From Fistulifera solaris (taxonomy: Eukaryota): a stretch of 64,000 nt of DNA. Shown here in pieces: positions 1 through 10,525 of this stretch. The stretch covers positions 1,116,001 through 1,180,000 of the forward strand of contig AP026134.1 of assembly GCA_030295235.1 (NCBI GenBank), given 5' to 3'. The stretch's first letter is position 1, and every line of letters begins with the position of its first letter. The notes beneath the pieces were generated by a model. It worked only from the letters and a program-made list of their open reading frames with translations. It had not been told where the DNA came from and ran no database searches. The position numbers and the translations under genes were made by a program.

Positions 1-1124
1 TGACGCGGTGCTGATTGGCTTTCTCCCTGGACCTAGTGCCGCGCGAGCCGTCGTCGATATCGTCACCGGTCGCGTAAACCCAAGTGGACGTCTTCCAATC
101 ACCTACCCATCATTTGACGACGGAGGTGGTGTACCTTACTTCCGTGCTGTGTCAGATCAGTGCACGTTAGGAGAAGGTCTCTTGCCGCATTGGCAGTATG
201 GACCATGTGAAGTTCAGTGGCCGTTTGGTCACGGACTGAGCTTTACGGAGTTCGAGTACAGTCAATTTCGTGCAACTGGTGGAATCGATAGGGATCTCAA
301 CCTCTCCATTATCGTCAAGAATAGTGGAGACAGAGCTGGCGCGGAAACTGTGATGTTCTTTACGTTTGATGACTTCCGTCCAACCACACCCGAATATAAG
401 AGATTGCGAGCATTTGAAAAGGTATTTCTGCACCCCGGTGAGGAAAACAACTGTCGAGCTGACCGTTCCGTTGGACAGTCTACGATTCGTTGGATCTAGC
501 GATGATAGTCATTATGTGATTGACCCTTCAATGACTTCCTGGGTTGGCGTGGGACACGACACAGACTGTCGGTATGCGAGAGAAAAAGATAGCGAACTTT
601 GTATTCATCTCGTGGCACAAAACCCCCGTGCAACCTACAGTGGTGCATGCGAAGCTGCCTGCAATGTTTGGCGTGAAAGCAACTGTTCCATCGTCTTTGG
701 TATGGTGGCGGATCGATGCGTTGACATGTGCTTTGACGACGGACGCTATCTCTCAAAAGAAGACGGTGGTGATCACGAAGGTTGGGGTTGGAACTACGTA
801 AAGTGCATAGAATCTGTCGTTTACGGCTTTCAGGAGTCCGGATCAAAGGACCAATGCTGGCAGATGACATCTTTGTGCCGCGATATTTTTCATACCAGTA
901 GCTTGTACGAGTCTGGATCAAGCTGGAGACATGATCGATCGTCATTTCAACAACAAGGCGTACCCGAAGCCAACTATGTTGCTTTGGTAATTGGATTGGT
1001 TGCCAGTGCTGTCGTGTTTGTCTTGATGCGTGGAGGTTGGGGCAGTTTTAAAAGGCAACGGCGAGAACCCGGGAACGCAGAGTTGGAATTTATGGCAGTT
1101 AATACCCAAGAAGTGCCTGCCTAG
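1..1124 (+). CDS. Glycoside hydrolase family 3 (beta-glucosidase-like), 3' part only: GH3 C-terminal + fibronectin-III-like domain, Cys-rich segment, C-terminal TM anchor
   Basis: Motifs GRVNPSGRLPITYP, WPFGHGLSFTEFEYS, VKNSGDRAGAETV and KRLRAFEKVFLHPGE in ORF 8..499. The reading continues after a frameshift near 440-450 (gaggaaaacaac) as TTVELTVPLDSLRF in ORF 366..1124. Hydrophobic YVALVIGLVASAVVFVLM is followed by a basic tail. The 5' end lies outside the window. Confidence 0.88.
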
Positions 1125-1437
1125 GAAGGAAAGATGTTATGTACAAGTAGATCGATATTTATTGTAAGGTCTTAGCAACAATACAGTGGTCAGGCGTCCT
1201 CAAGCAACATTTGTCTCGAAAGCGTATACTAGCTTGTAGTGCATCTGGAGAAGCAATGAGAAGTATCGCATCGTCACCAGCACTTCTTGTATCAACGACT
1301 AAACAGAAGCTTTTTTGTGACCATCTCTCAAACGAATTCGAATGACCTAATCGGTAGTTGCCATCATTCTGTACAATATTGTGTTGCAATTGCTCGGCAT
1401 TGTATGGCGGGACAGCGATAAAGAAGAATGAAACTTA

Positions 1438-2805
1438 TCACTGTGCTTTCTCGCACGGGGGCGGTGGGAGCAATATTTCATTGAACAAGGATCTCGGAAT
1501 CTGTTCAAAAATAGGTTCAAGCGGAGGTGGAAATACATCGTCCCAAATCTTCCAGCGATCGGAACAGCAATAAGCAGGGCATTTCCCCTGTGCTGCCTTT
1601 ACCAGATCGGATGTTCCTATCTTGTTTACAATATACTCGCTCGTAACGCAATCACAGCCCACCAACACCAACTGAATGTTGCCATTTTTGACGCTTTCTA
1701 ACATTTTAGAATCTGAGAGACATTTAGATCTTTCCAAGTCTCCCGCCATCAGGATACCTTCGTCTCCTGGAGTACTCCGACTACAAACGACTTGAACACA
1801 ATAGTGTATTTGTTGAATGCGTTTCAGAGTCGCTAACAAGGTTGAGGAGCGACTGAACACGCCAATTACAAAGGACTCCCCATTGTATTGTTGTATTTGC
1901 TCAGAGATCCGACGCACGGCGAGTTCCACCGCTCGATTAGCTTCTCTATCCAGCGACGTCTGTATTTCAGCCAACATCGCTGATAGTTCTTGATCGGACG
2001 AATCCTCAAGTCTTTGCAACGTATTTGTGATGGGTACCATGCTGGGTCGCATCATTTTCATGATAGACGGCGAACCCCCTTGTTGGACAACTTGCAACGC
2101 CCGTTTCGCAAGAGTCGCTGCACCATTGATTCGATCATTGGCCCAGTCTCTTACATTCTCTGGCACTTTTTGCACGTACTTTCCATTCGTGGAATGATGG
2201 AACGCAATCACCAAAGCGGGTACCGTGGGGGCTAACGTTTCCAATTCGTCCAGAGTGATCCACTTCATTTCATCGTGTTCGGTCCCCCTTAGTTCCAGCG
2301 ATTGGTAGACTGAAGCAGGGACCTCTGCAACAAACGGGTACACGCGAATAATGTCACCAGATTGAATGCGAGCTGAAGTGCCGGAATGACCATCCGAATG
2401 TGATGGCTCGGAGGAAATTGGCCGACTATTTCCGGTGTTGCTATCTTTGTGACGCCTGGTGTAAGGCACATCAACATAGAGGCCTTGTCGAAAGGGAAGC
2501 ATGGAGATCGATTCATTCGTCTCGGATAGAATGGTGAGTAGATTCGTCTCTTCTTCCAGTTCACGATGTGCCGTTTCTATAGGTGTCTCATTCGGTTCGA
2601 GAGATCCTGAAACGGCAGCCCAATGACCTGGGAAAGTAGGCATTGTGCTTCGTCGATGAAATACTGCGACTTTTCTTTCTTCGAAAAGAAAGAAACAGCT
2701 TATCACACGACGAATCATGGTGGGTGTGGAAATGATCATAGAAGGAAAATACTGTTTTGAGCGCCCGAGACAAGCTGCTATATACAGAACTGCATTTACT
2801 GTCAC
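1438..2805 (-). CDS. NUDIX hydrolase fused to an eIF-2B-alpha / sugar-phosphate isomerase-like (IF-2B family) domain
   Basis: N-terminal Nudix box GSLEPNETPIETAHRELEEET, preceded by HRRSTMPTFPGHWAAVSG. C-terminal IF-2B-family motifs RPSMVPITN, FSRSSTL, SRSTPGDEG and VLVGCDCV..IVNKIGT. Start uncertain (in-frame ATGs at 2739 and 2718). Confidence 0.82.
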   Translation of the reverse strand: MTVNAVLYIAACLGRSKQYFPSMIISTPTMIRRVISCFFLFEERKVAVFHRRSTMPTFPGHWAAVSGSLEPNETPIETAHRELEEETNLLTILSETNESISMLPFRQGLYVDVPYTRRHKDSNTGNSRPISSEPSHSDGHSGTSARIQSGDIIRVYPFVAEVPASVYQSLELRGTEHDEMKWITLDELETLAPTVPALVIAFHHSTNGKYVQKVPENVRDWANDRINGAATLAKRALQVVQQGGSPSIMKMMRPSMVPITNTLQRLEDSSDQELSAMLAEIQTSLDREANRAVELAVRRISEQIQQYNGESFVIGVFSRSSTLLATLKRIQQIHYCVQVVCSRSTPGDEGILMAGDLERSKCLSDSKMLESVKNGNIQLVLVGCDCVTSEYIVNKIGTSDLVKAAQGKCPAYCCSDRWKIWDDVFPPPLEPIFEQIPRSLFNEILLPPPPCEKAQ

Positions 2806-3159
2806 CTTGCATCTACGGAAGTTATCAATTGTTGGTTAACGAGTCGATCGAATAGTTCAGTTCGCATTCTCTTGTCATGCGCGGAGATAAGCGCGATGAT
2901 AGTGTTTGGCAAAACGCGGCGAAAAAACGCCGAGCTTCTCGGCCACTGTCACTATGTCCATTGGGGTTCAGGCTATCTAGAGCTAGCTAAGGCTAAGGAT
3001 AGTGTCAGATTACTTGTGCAGTATCCGGTACAAATTAGCTCTCGAGTATCACGCGAAAAAGAAGGCTGGCTGTACCGTTACAATCACAGAAAGGAATTCG
3101 GAACAATACTGGTAATCAAAAGTGAAAATTTATGAATAATACATACCACAAGCATCAAA

Positions 3160-4071
3160 CTACGCATCACTGAGCCGTCGAACGCGTTCAATCTCTGTTC
3201 CAATTTTCGATCGAAAGGCCGGGTCATGGTTCAGCCAGTCTTGCAAACAACGAAGCGCATCGTCCATTTGATCTAAAGACGTATGTGCGTCTGCCTGGAT
3301 ACGCCATGCCCGACGACTTACTTGAATTGTCGTAGGCATGGTTAAGGCTTGCTTGGCATCCGTAAGAGCATCCTGATATCTTCCAGAATCGAGAGAAAAT
3401 TCCGATCGCATCACGAGTGCTCTTGCCAGAACTGATGAGCCACCTTTTGGTTCCAGCGTTCGAATCACCGAATTGAATGCATTTACTTTTTCCTCTGCGG
3501 AAGTGGCTAAAAGCATAAGCATTGTGAGAGAAATGTAGTAGATCCAGAGCGTCCTCCACTTCTTGGGGAAAATAGAAAATTCGAGGCAGCTCCCTTGACG
3601 TCTCTTTTGGCTACAAATAGCACCAATCAGGCTATGGTGTAATAGCACTGACGGCGACTCTAATATTGCAGCCGTATTACGTGGTGAGCACGATTTTTTA
3701 CAACGTACCTTGATTAGTTTTCTCCAGTACTGCGATAGCTGCCAAATTTTGCACCGGAATGGCAATGCTTAGACTTTCTAGTGCTGCGGCAGCCTGGATG
3801 TGATCGTTGACACGATGGAGAATATCGGACGACTTCACAATCTGCATATTCGGCCCTTTGTTGCATTTCGAAAGACACCCAGTGCTTCCAACCTCCACCT
3901 CCGATGTCAGATCCTGTAAAATTTGCGGTAGATTGTAAAAGAGGACGATGTCTTACTACCAAAATTGCGACAGCAATCTTTGTTTTGACATACTTGGATC
4001 TTTACGGTAAGCGACGAAGCCAATGGAAAATTGAGCAAGATCAGCACGTAACACACGCCCCTTCTCATCAT
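3160..4071 (-). CDS. Thioredoxin-like [2Fe-2S] ferredoxin domain + TPR-like helical repeats, probably plastid-targeted (frameshifted in this assembly)
   Basis: Manual translation from ATG 4071 gives MMRRGVCYVLILLNFPLASSL (signal peptide) then KIQVCQNKDCC. After an indel near 3940 it reads EVEVGSTGCLSKCNKGPN, giving a C-x4-C ... C-x3-C pattern. The C-terminus has TPR-like segments ARALVMRSE...GRYQDALTDAKQAL and RRAWRIQADAHTSLDQMDDALRCLQDW. Confidence 0.68.
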
Positions 4072-4893
4072 AGTTGCACATTATATCGGATATGGAAACC
4101 CTCTACAAATGTACGGTCATACGATTGTCAATTGCTTCACATCGTCGATGTTCGTTGCAACAACTAAGGCAAAAAAATAGAACGACAGAAAAAATGGGAT
4201 TGTGCTCGTGTGTTTTGTGGATGGAGAAGCAAGTGGGAGAACGAAGAACGGACGGATTGTCAACAGTAAGATACTTAAGAGACGCCACACAACACACAAT
4301 CACTCAGCTTTTCTGTGTACGTGAAGGCACTATACGCCCAGACGTTCTGTGAACCTCTAAACCTTACTCAGCCAGATTTTCTTTGGACGTGCAAATGATC
4401 TCGCCCAGTACTGGTAAAGGATCAACGAGGCCGCGACTGAATTTCAGTCACGTAAAAAACGTATAATTAATTTAAAATGCACTGCTCCCTTTGTTATTGC
4501 TTCGTTTCGATTTTAATCAATATCGAATACTGATTGCTGGTACAAATACGTTATGGTGGCGAAGTTTGTGAGGTATTTGGTGGCAACCCTTCCCGAAAAT
4601 GGTGAGGTGAAATTTTGAAACGTATTGATAAATTTTCTACGGGGCCTACGTGAAATGCACGTAGACATTCGAAGCGTTGCATCTCTGCTTTCCTACGTTT
4701 TTGAATTCCATTCGACATCAGTTATTGTCAATAAGGGCAAGTAAAATATGTTCGACAAAGTAACCGTGGCAGGGTGGGCGATTTCAATTGTACATAGTAG
4801 CTTTCATTATTTCATCTTATGAATATTGTAATTTCTATTATTTGATCTATCACTTTCGGAACAATATACTCCAAATAAAAAAATGCGGCACGC

Positions 4894-6371
4894 TTAATTC
4901 GCGTCGACCAAACTCCAAGTCCCGTTCTCTTGAATCAGCTTCGGCGTTACTCGCAAGAACTCTTCCTCGTCCTGAATCACGCTCATGGTATTACGAGACA
5001 GCATGCTATTAATACGCTCCGTAATATTGATTTCGTCTTCGATACCGGCGTTGTACTCCTTTGCTGTCCCAAAATGTCCTTGCGAATCGAGTCACACAAA
5101 ATGCTGAGACGCAATGATCCTTGGAAGGGATCTTCAATCGTATAACCGATTTGATACACTCCGAACAATACCCACGCGATGGCAGCGACCACCGGAGCAG
5201 TCATTAAACCCATGTCTTTGATTAGCGCAAACGGTAAAGTAAAAAGCCACAGTGTCAAGCTGCGCAAAGAGTGTCGTGCGTAATTGAGTGGAACCGATGT
5301 CTGGTGAATGCGCTCGCACTGCCCCACGGCGTTGGTCAGCTTTTCAATTTGGGAAAGAAAGCTCAAACGCTCACGACTCGTGTAATTGGGTCCGTATGGA
5401 ACTTTCATGATCTGACGTCCCAAAAAATCGCAGACCCACAACGGGCGATTCGAAGCTTTGGCAACTTCCGGTAGATGCTGGGGCGGCAGTAAACTCCAAG
5501 GCATGTCTCGTTTATCAACATAGCATGGCCGTGAAGGCGGAACTTGCTGCAGTTTATCGCCTTCGAATCTAGAATCTACGGCGAACAGAGACTTTTCACT
5601 GAGCAACAACCGATGATCTGCATCAATCGGGCTTTCATTACACAAACAGCCTGGTCGAATGTGGTGTCTGAGGAGGTAGGGAAACGAGGCAGTGGCCTGA
5701 ATGATGCGATTCACGCGCTCTTTGCCAATCTCTGGTGCATAAAGATACACCATTCGACTCAGATTTCGACTAACAGAAAGAATATTTTCCCAAATCTTTC
5801 TTCCTTCCTGTAAAATTACAAGCAAAGAAGTATGAGCCCGAGATTCGTGCGTAAAACGCGTCTACGAATCGCATCGGTGACTTACACTGAAGCGCTGGTA
5901 GGCACTGTTCGTACGAAAAACCAGTAATAATCCCAACGCAGACACTAACAGTGAATGTGCCGTACCGGGAATGGACATCTTCATTGCCATAGCTTGTGAG
6001 GCGGGGCCACTCATGGCCAAAAAACGATGAACGAGGGATACTACCAGAGACCAGCCTGCTACCGCCAGAACCGGAAATCGAATTTCTCGCAAAATGACCG
6101 ATTGCGGCAGCGAAAGAACATTGTATAAAAAGTCGGATGCGCTGTGTCGATTGTTGATGTGATGTATATCGGCATAAGTGGGATTGGAGCCAAACAAAGG
6201 CCCCCTCGCCGTAATTTGAGTGGGATACAAAGACGGCGCAAATTTTGCAACAGCGGGTGATTTCGCTTTACTTTGCTGCAGTGTAAAAGCTACTGCGCTC
6301 GGTAATGTCTGCTGTAGTAAAACTACGAATGATATTATTGAAATTCTCATGGTCGCTGTTATGTGATTCAT
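4894..6371 (-). CDS. Bestrophin-like (YneE/BST family) anion channel, plastid/thylakoid-targeted
   Basis: Family motifs LGLLLVFRTNSAYQRF|SEGRKIW (intron 5808-5885, GTAAG..CAG), GQCERIHQTSVPLNYARHSLR and IGYTIEDPF. Signal peptide ends AVA-FTL. An indel near 5060 hides a C-terminus (AGIEDEINITERIN...SLVDAN*) ending at 4894. Confidence 0.9.
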
Positions 6372-7049
6372 TTATTTCAAAAGGTTGTGATGGATGCAAG
6401 ATTCCTGAGATGGAAAAGTGACTTGGGCAGGGATCGGTGAATTTTGTTGCGACCAACGGCACTTGGGCGCGGAGTCGACCAGAAAATGAGAATGGGCTTA
6501 TTAGCGAAATAGATTCTATAGTCCAAACAGTGGAGAAGTGGCCGAACGCGCGAGCGAATCTTCTCGACCGCTACGCTTTAAAGCTCATTCTTTGGCGTTC
6601 GTATACATAGGATTTTTATGTAGAGAACAAAGTGATGGGACGAGATAAAGTTCGCCGCAAACCGTCTGGTCCTGTGAGAGGATGACGTCGATTCCCACGG
6701 CAAATTTTGGTGGAGTCCCTTTACGACACCCGTAGTATTTCTATGAGGATTAACAGGCGACGCAAGGAACATTCAATGGATGACGACATCAAAGACTTTG
6801 TTCGTGTTTCTAATCGTGGGCTTTCGCAACGTAAATCCCCAGTCGCGCCATCGCCAAATGCTTGGGCACTCCGCGGAAGTTTCATAGCTCTAACCTTAAT
6901 GATTTCGATTAAATGTGAACCTCAACTTTTTTGTAGCAACTTCGATACCAGTACCTGGTAGAAGCTGCATAAAAAAATCACGCTGAGCCGATAGGCGAGA
7001 TAGACTAGTCATACTTTCCATTACTTTATCGAAGAAAACACTTTTAACT

Positions 7050-8030
7050 ATGCAACGCCACGAGTATGACGAGTCATTATTAGAATCATTCCGCTACATT
7101 CAAGGGATACCCGGGAAAGATGTCCGCGGCAAACTCATTGACTGCTTTCAGCTCTGGTTTCACGCCCCCGACGACATAGTGCAAGCCGTCAAATCCATTA
7201 TATCGGATTTGCACAATGCCAGTTTGTTAGTCGACGACATTGAGGATCGTTCCGTATTACGCCGAGGAGTTCCGGTCGCACATTCGGTGTTTGGTGTTCC
7301 CGTCGTCATCAATACCGCCAATTACATGTACTTTAGCGCGCTCGAACAATGTCACGCCTTGCAATGTCCCGAAAGTATGAATGTCTTTGTTTCCGAGCTT
7401 CTGAATTTACACAGAGGACAAGGTCGTGATATACAGTGGCGTGAAGATCAGAAATGCCCCACGCAAGAACAATATATGCAAATGATTTTGGACAAAACGG
7501 GAGGCCTGTTTCGATTGGCGGTGGGAATGTTACAACCCTTGGCGACCTCACAAGAAGCGGCGACGGCGGATTACGTACCATTGATCAATGATTTGTCTAT
7601 CTATTTTCAAATACGTGATGATTTATTGAACTTGGTGGATACTGATACCTTTCATTTGAAGAGTTTTGCGGAAGATTTGACCGAAGGCAAATTCAGTTAC
7701 CCCGTGGTGCACAATCTACAAATGATCGAACAACGAATGAATGAAACAAAGCAACGCGATACAAGAATACTTTCAATCTTGATGCAACGAACGAATGATG
7801 TTGAAGTAAAACGTTACGCTATAGAAATTATGCGACAAGAGGGTAGTCTTCTGCACACTCGGGAAATGTGTCGAGAGTATCTTGTGAAAAGTCTAGCAGG
7901 GATTGAGAAGCTGGGTGGAAATCCAGGATTGGTCAAACTGATCGGTATGTTGGATCAGAAACTGGTGGAACTCGATGAAAAAGGTGTGTTGTTGCCCGAT
8001 CGACCTGCAAAAGCTGTAACAATAAATTAG
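7050..8030 (+). CDS. GGPS: Geranylgeranyl diphosphate synthase (trans-isoprenyl diphosphate synthase, eukaryotic GGPS1/BTS1 type)
   Basis: PGKDVR, LHNASLLVDDIED..LRRG (first Asp-rich motif), ELLNLHRGQG, KTGGLFRL and FQIRDD..EDLTEGKFSYP. Intact single-exon ORF. Confidence 0.95.
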   Translation: MQRHEYDESLLESFRYIQGIPGKDVRGKLIDCFQLWFHAPDDIVQAVKSIISDLHNASLLVDDIEDRSVLRRGVPVAHSVFGVPVVINTANYMYFSALEQCHALQCPESMNVFVSELLNLHRGQGRDIQWREDQKCPTQEQYMQMILDKTGGLFRLAVGMLQPLATSQEAATADYVPLINDLSIYFQIRDDLLNLVDTDTFHLKSFAEDLTEGKFSYPVVHNLQMIEQRMNETKQRDTRILSILMQRTNDVEVKRYAIEIMRQEGSLLHTREMCREYLVKSLAGIEKLGGNPGLVKLIGMLDQKLVELDEKGVLLPDRPAKAVTIN

Positions 8031-8049
8031 AGTTTCAATATCTCTGTGT

Positions 8050-8489
8050 TCAAATATCATTGTGGGCCAGAATTTCTAGTCGTAGTTTGGATGAATTCGT
8101 TGTATTTGATACCTCTTGCGTAGATGATGATGATGATGAAGTCTTCTTGCTTGCTGTTGCGGTTGCTGTTGAGATGGGATTGAATTGTGTTTCATCTACT
8201 ACCAAACGCCATTTACTTTGATATCGATTCGAATGATCCAATCGTCCCGTGAGACGAACTGGCGGACCCTGAGGAAGGTCCCGATTCTTATAGCTACTCA
8301 CAACCGCTTCACCAAAGCTTTGTAAAATACGTTCACATACATGTTCATCGAATTTTGTTGGTTCATCTTTTGCATTTCTTGTAAAACCTCGAGTAACGTT
8401 GTCGCCATGACACCTTGACACGACAAATCGGTGGCGATGGTTTCCGGTACCTCGGGAAGTCCGTTCCAGAGTTCCGATTTTGATTCCAT
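8050..8489 (-). CDS. Divergent transcription initiation factor IIA gamma-subunit-like protein (frameshifted)
   Basis: Helical MATTLLEVLQEM...ERILQSFGEAV followed by the beta region VRLTGRLDHSNRYQSKWRLVVDETQF...LRLEILA parallels TFIIA-gamma (F.G.L..YRF...VW.F). The two halves lie in different frames, with an indel near 8360. Confidence 0.5.
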
Positions 8490-8524
8490 TTCTTTTCAAT
8501 TAGTTACTTATATAATAAAAGAAT

Positions 8525-8575
8525 GGAAGTATTGAATGGATATTATTAGGAAGTATTGAATGGATATTATTAGGA
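8525..8575. repeat. Perfect 24-bp tandem duplication (GGAAGTATTGAATGGATATTATTA x2)
   Basis: Units at 8525-8548 and 8549-8572, read directly from the sequence, just upstream of the TFIIA-gamma-like gene. Confidence 0.9.
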
Positions 8576-9097
8576 TATTCATGCCTTATTATTGTTGCTT
8601 TTGTTGTGTATTCGTGCGGTGTCGTTCTTTTCCAGCTACCCGGTAACTTTGGGTTCAGGTTTGAAGCTGAAGCGGCGAAAAAAAGATCGCGCGAAGTTGC
8701 GCGCGGCCCGCACCTCATCTGTGTCTGACAGCGACTAGATACTATTTTCCTGACACTTACAGAGGACGATGATGGATGACAGATTCGAAAGTTGGGTGTC
8801 CCGTCATCCGAATGCATTTGGATCGCAATGGTTTTCATGCACTAAACAAAAACCCTTCCGACTGTCCTGTTTCACTCTACCAGGTACACCTACGTCCTAC
8901 ATACGTCCCTTTCTGCCACGTGCACTTTTTGTCGTCGGCATGTTTCGTCCTTTTTGTTGTTTCTTCCTCGTCCACCACGGCCAGAGAAGCTTGTTGCATC
9001 AGCCAAGATTTTTATGCCCTTTCCTCATCGCGTACACTTTGCTACCGTCCTCATTGATTACAATCATTCGTCTCTGTAGCTACCATCTTATTGAACC

Positions 9098-10525
9098 ATG
9101 GGTAAAGGAGGAGACGCTAGTGCTGCTAACAAGGCCAACAAAATCAGTTGGAGTCAAGTGAAGGAGCATTGCACTCCCGACGATGCTTGGGTCGTTTATC
9201 AGAACAAAGTATACGATGTCTCCAATTGGCATGAACATCCCGGAGGCGCCGTCATCTTTACGCACGCGGGTGACGATATGACGGATATCTTTGCGGCATT
9301 TCATGCGCCGGGTTCGCAGAATTTGATGCAAAAGTTTTACATAGGTGACTTGATTCCGGGTTCGAATCAGAACAAGACGGAACACCAAATCGCTTTTGAG
9401 AAAGGATATCGAGATTTGCGTTCGAAACTCATCTTGATGGGCATGTTTAAATCGAATGGATGGTTCTATGTCTACAAATGTGTTTCCAACATGATGTTGT
9501 GGGCGACAGCCGTCGCTATGGTCTACTATTCCGAGTCAGTAGCGGTGCACATGGCTTCGGCTGTTCTACTCGGTCTCTTCTTTCAGCAGTGCGGATGGTT
9601 AGCGCACGATTTCTTGCATCATCAAGTCTTCCGTCAACGCAAGTACGGTGATCTGGGTGGAATCTACTGGGGAAACTTGATGCAAGGATACTCGGTGCAA
9701 TGGTGGAAAAACAAGCACAATGGACATCATGCCGTCCCCAACTTGCACAACTCGACGGCTCTTAGTCAAGATGGTGACCCGGATATTGATACCATGCCTC
9801 TCTTGGCGTGGAGCTTGAAACAAGCGCAGTCCTACCGCGAGCTACAAGCCGATGGAAAAGATTCCGCGTCGGTTAAGTTCTTGATCCGTTACCAGGCCTA
9901 CTTTTACTTTCCGATCCTCTTGTTGGCTCGTCTTTCGTGGTTGAACGAATCCTTCAAGACCGCTTTTGGTCTTGGGGCTGCTAGTGAGAATGCTGCTTTG
10001 GAACTCAAAGCCAAGGGTCTGCAATACCCCATCCTCGAAAAAGCCGGCATCCTTTTGCATTACGCTTGGATGTTTGTTGTATCTAGTGGCTTTGGTCGAT
10101 TCCCGGTATGGTATGCTACCACTTACTTTTTGGTAGCGACTGCGTCCTGTGGTTTCCTTTTGGCCATTGTGTTTGGTCTCGGACACAATGGCATGGCGAC
10201 GTACGATGCCGATGCGCGACCGGACTTTTGGAAACTCCAGGTCACCACCACTCGTAACATTACGGGTGGACATGGATTTCCTCAGGCGTTTGTCGATTGG
10301 TTTTGTGGTGGTCTGCAATACCAAGTTGACCATCACTTATTCCCCTCGCTTCCCCGTCACAACTTGGCCAAGACCCACGCCTTGGTCCGATCCTTCTGCA
10401 AAGAGTGGAATGTTCATTATCACGAAGCTGATCTGGTTGACGGAACTATCGAAGTGCTTCAACATTTGAGCAAAGTCTCCAATGACTTTCTCTTGGACTT
10501 TGTGAAGGATGGTCCCACTATGTAA
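9098..10525 (+). CDS. Front-end delta-6 fatty acid desaturase (cytochrome b5 fusion)
   Basis: Cyt b5 HPGG motif and His boxes HDFLHH, HNGHH and QVDHH. The N-terminus MGKGGD..KISW..V..H..P.DAW and IFTHAGDDMTDIFAAFHAPGS closely resemble the Phaeodactylum delta-6 desaturase as I recall it. Intact ORF. Confidence 0.93.
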   Translation: MGKGGDASAANKANKISWSQVKEHCTPDDAWVVYQNKVYDVSNWHEHPGGAVIFTHAGDDMTDIFAAFHAPGSQNLMQKFYIGDLIPGSNQNKTEHQIAFEKGYRDLRSKLILMGMFKSNGWFYVYKCVSNMMLWATAVAMVYYSESVAVHMASAVLLGLFFQQCGWLAHDFLHHQVFRQRKYGDLGGIYWGNLMQGYSVQWWKNKHNGHHAVPNLHNSTALSQDGDPDIDTMPLLAWSLKQAQSYRELQADGKDSASVKFLIRYQAYFYFPILLLARLSWLNESFKTAFGLGAASENAALELKAKGLQYPILEKAGILLHYAWMFVVSSGFGRFPVWYATTYFLVATASCGFLLAIVFGLGHNGMATYDADARPDFWKLQVTTTRNITGGHGFPQAFVDWFCGGLQYQVDHHLFPSLPRHNLAKTHALVRSFCKEWNVHYHEADLVDGTIEVLQHLSKVSNDFLLDFVKDGPTM

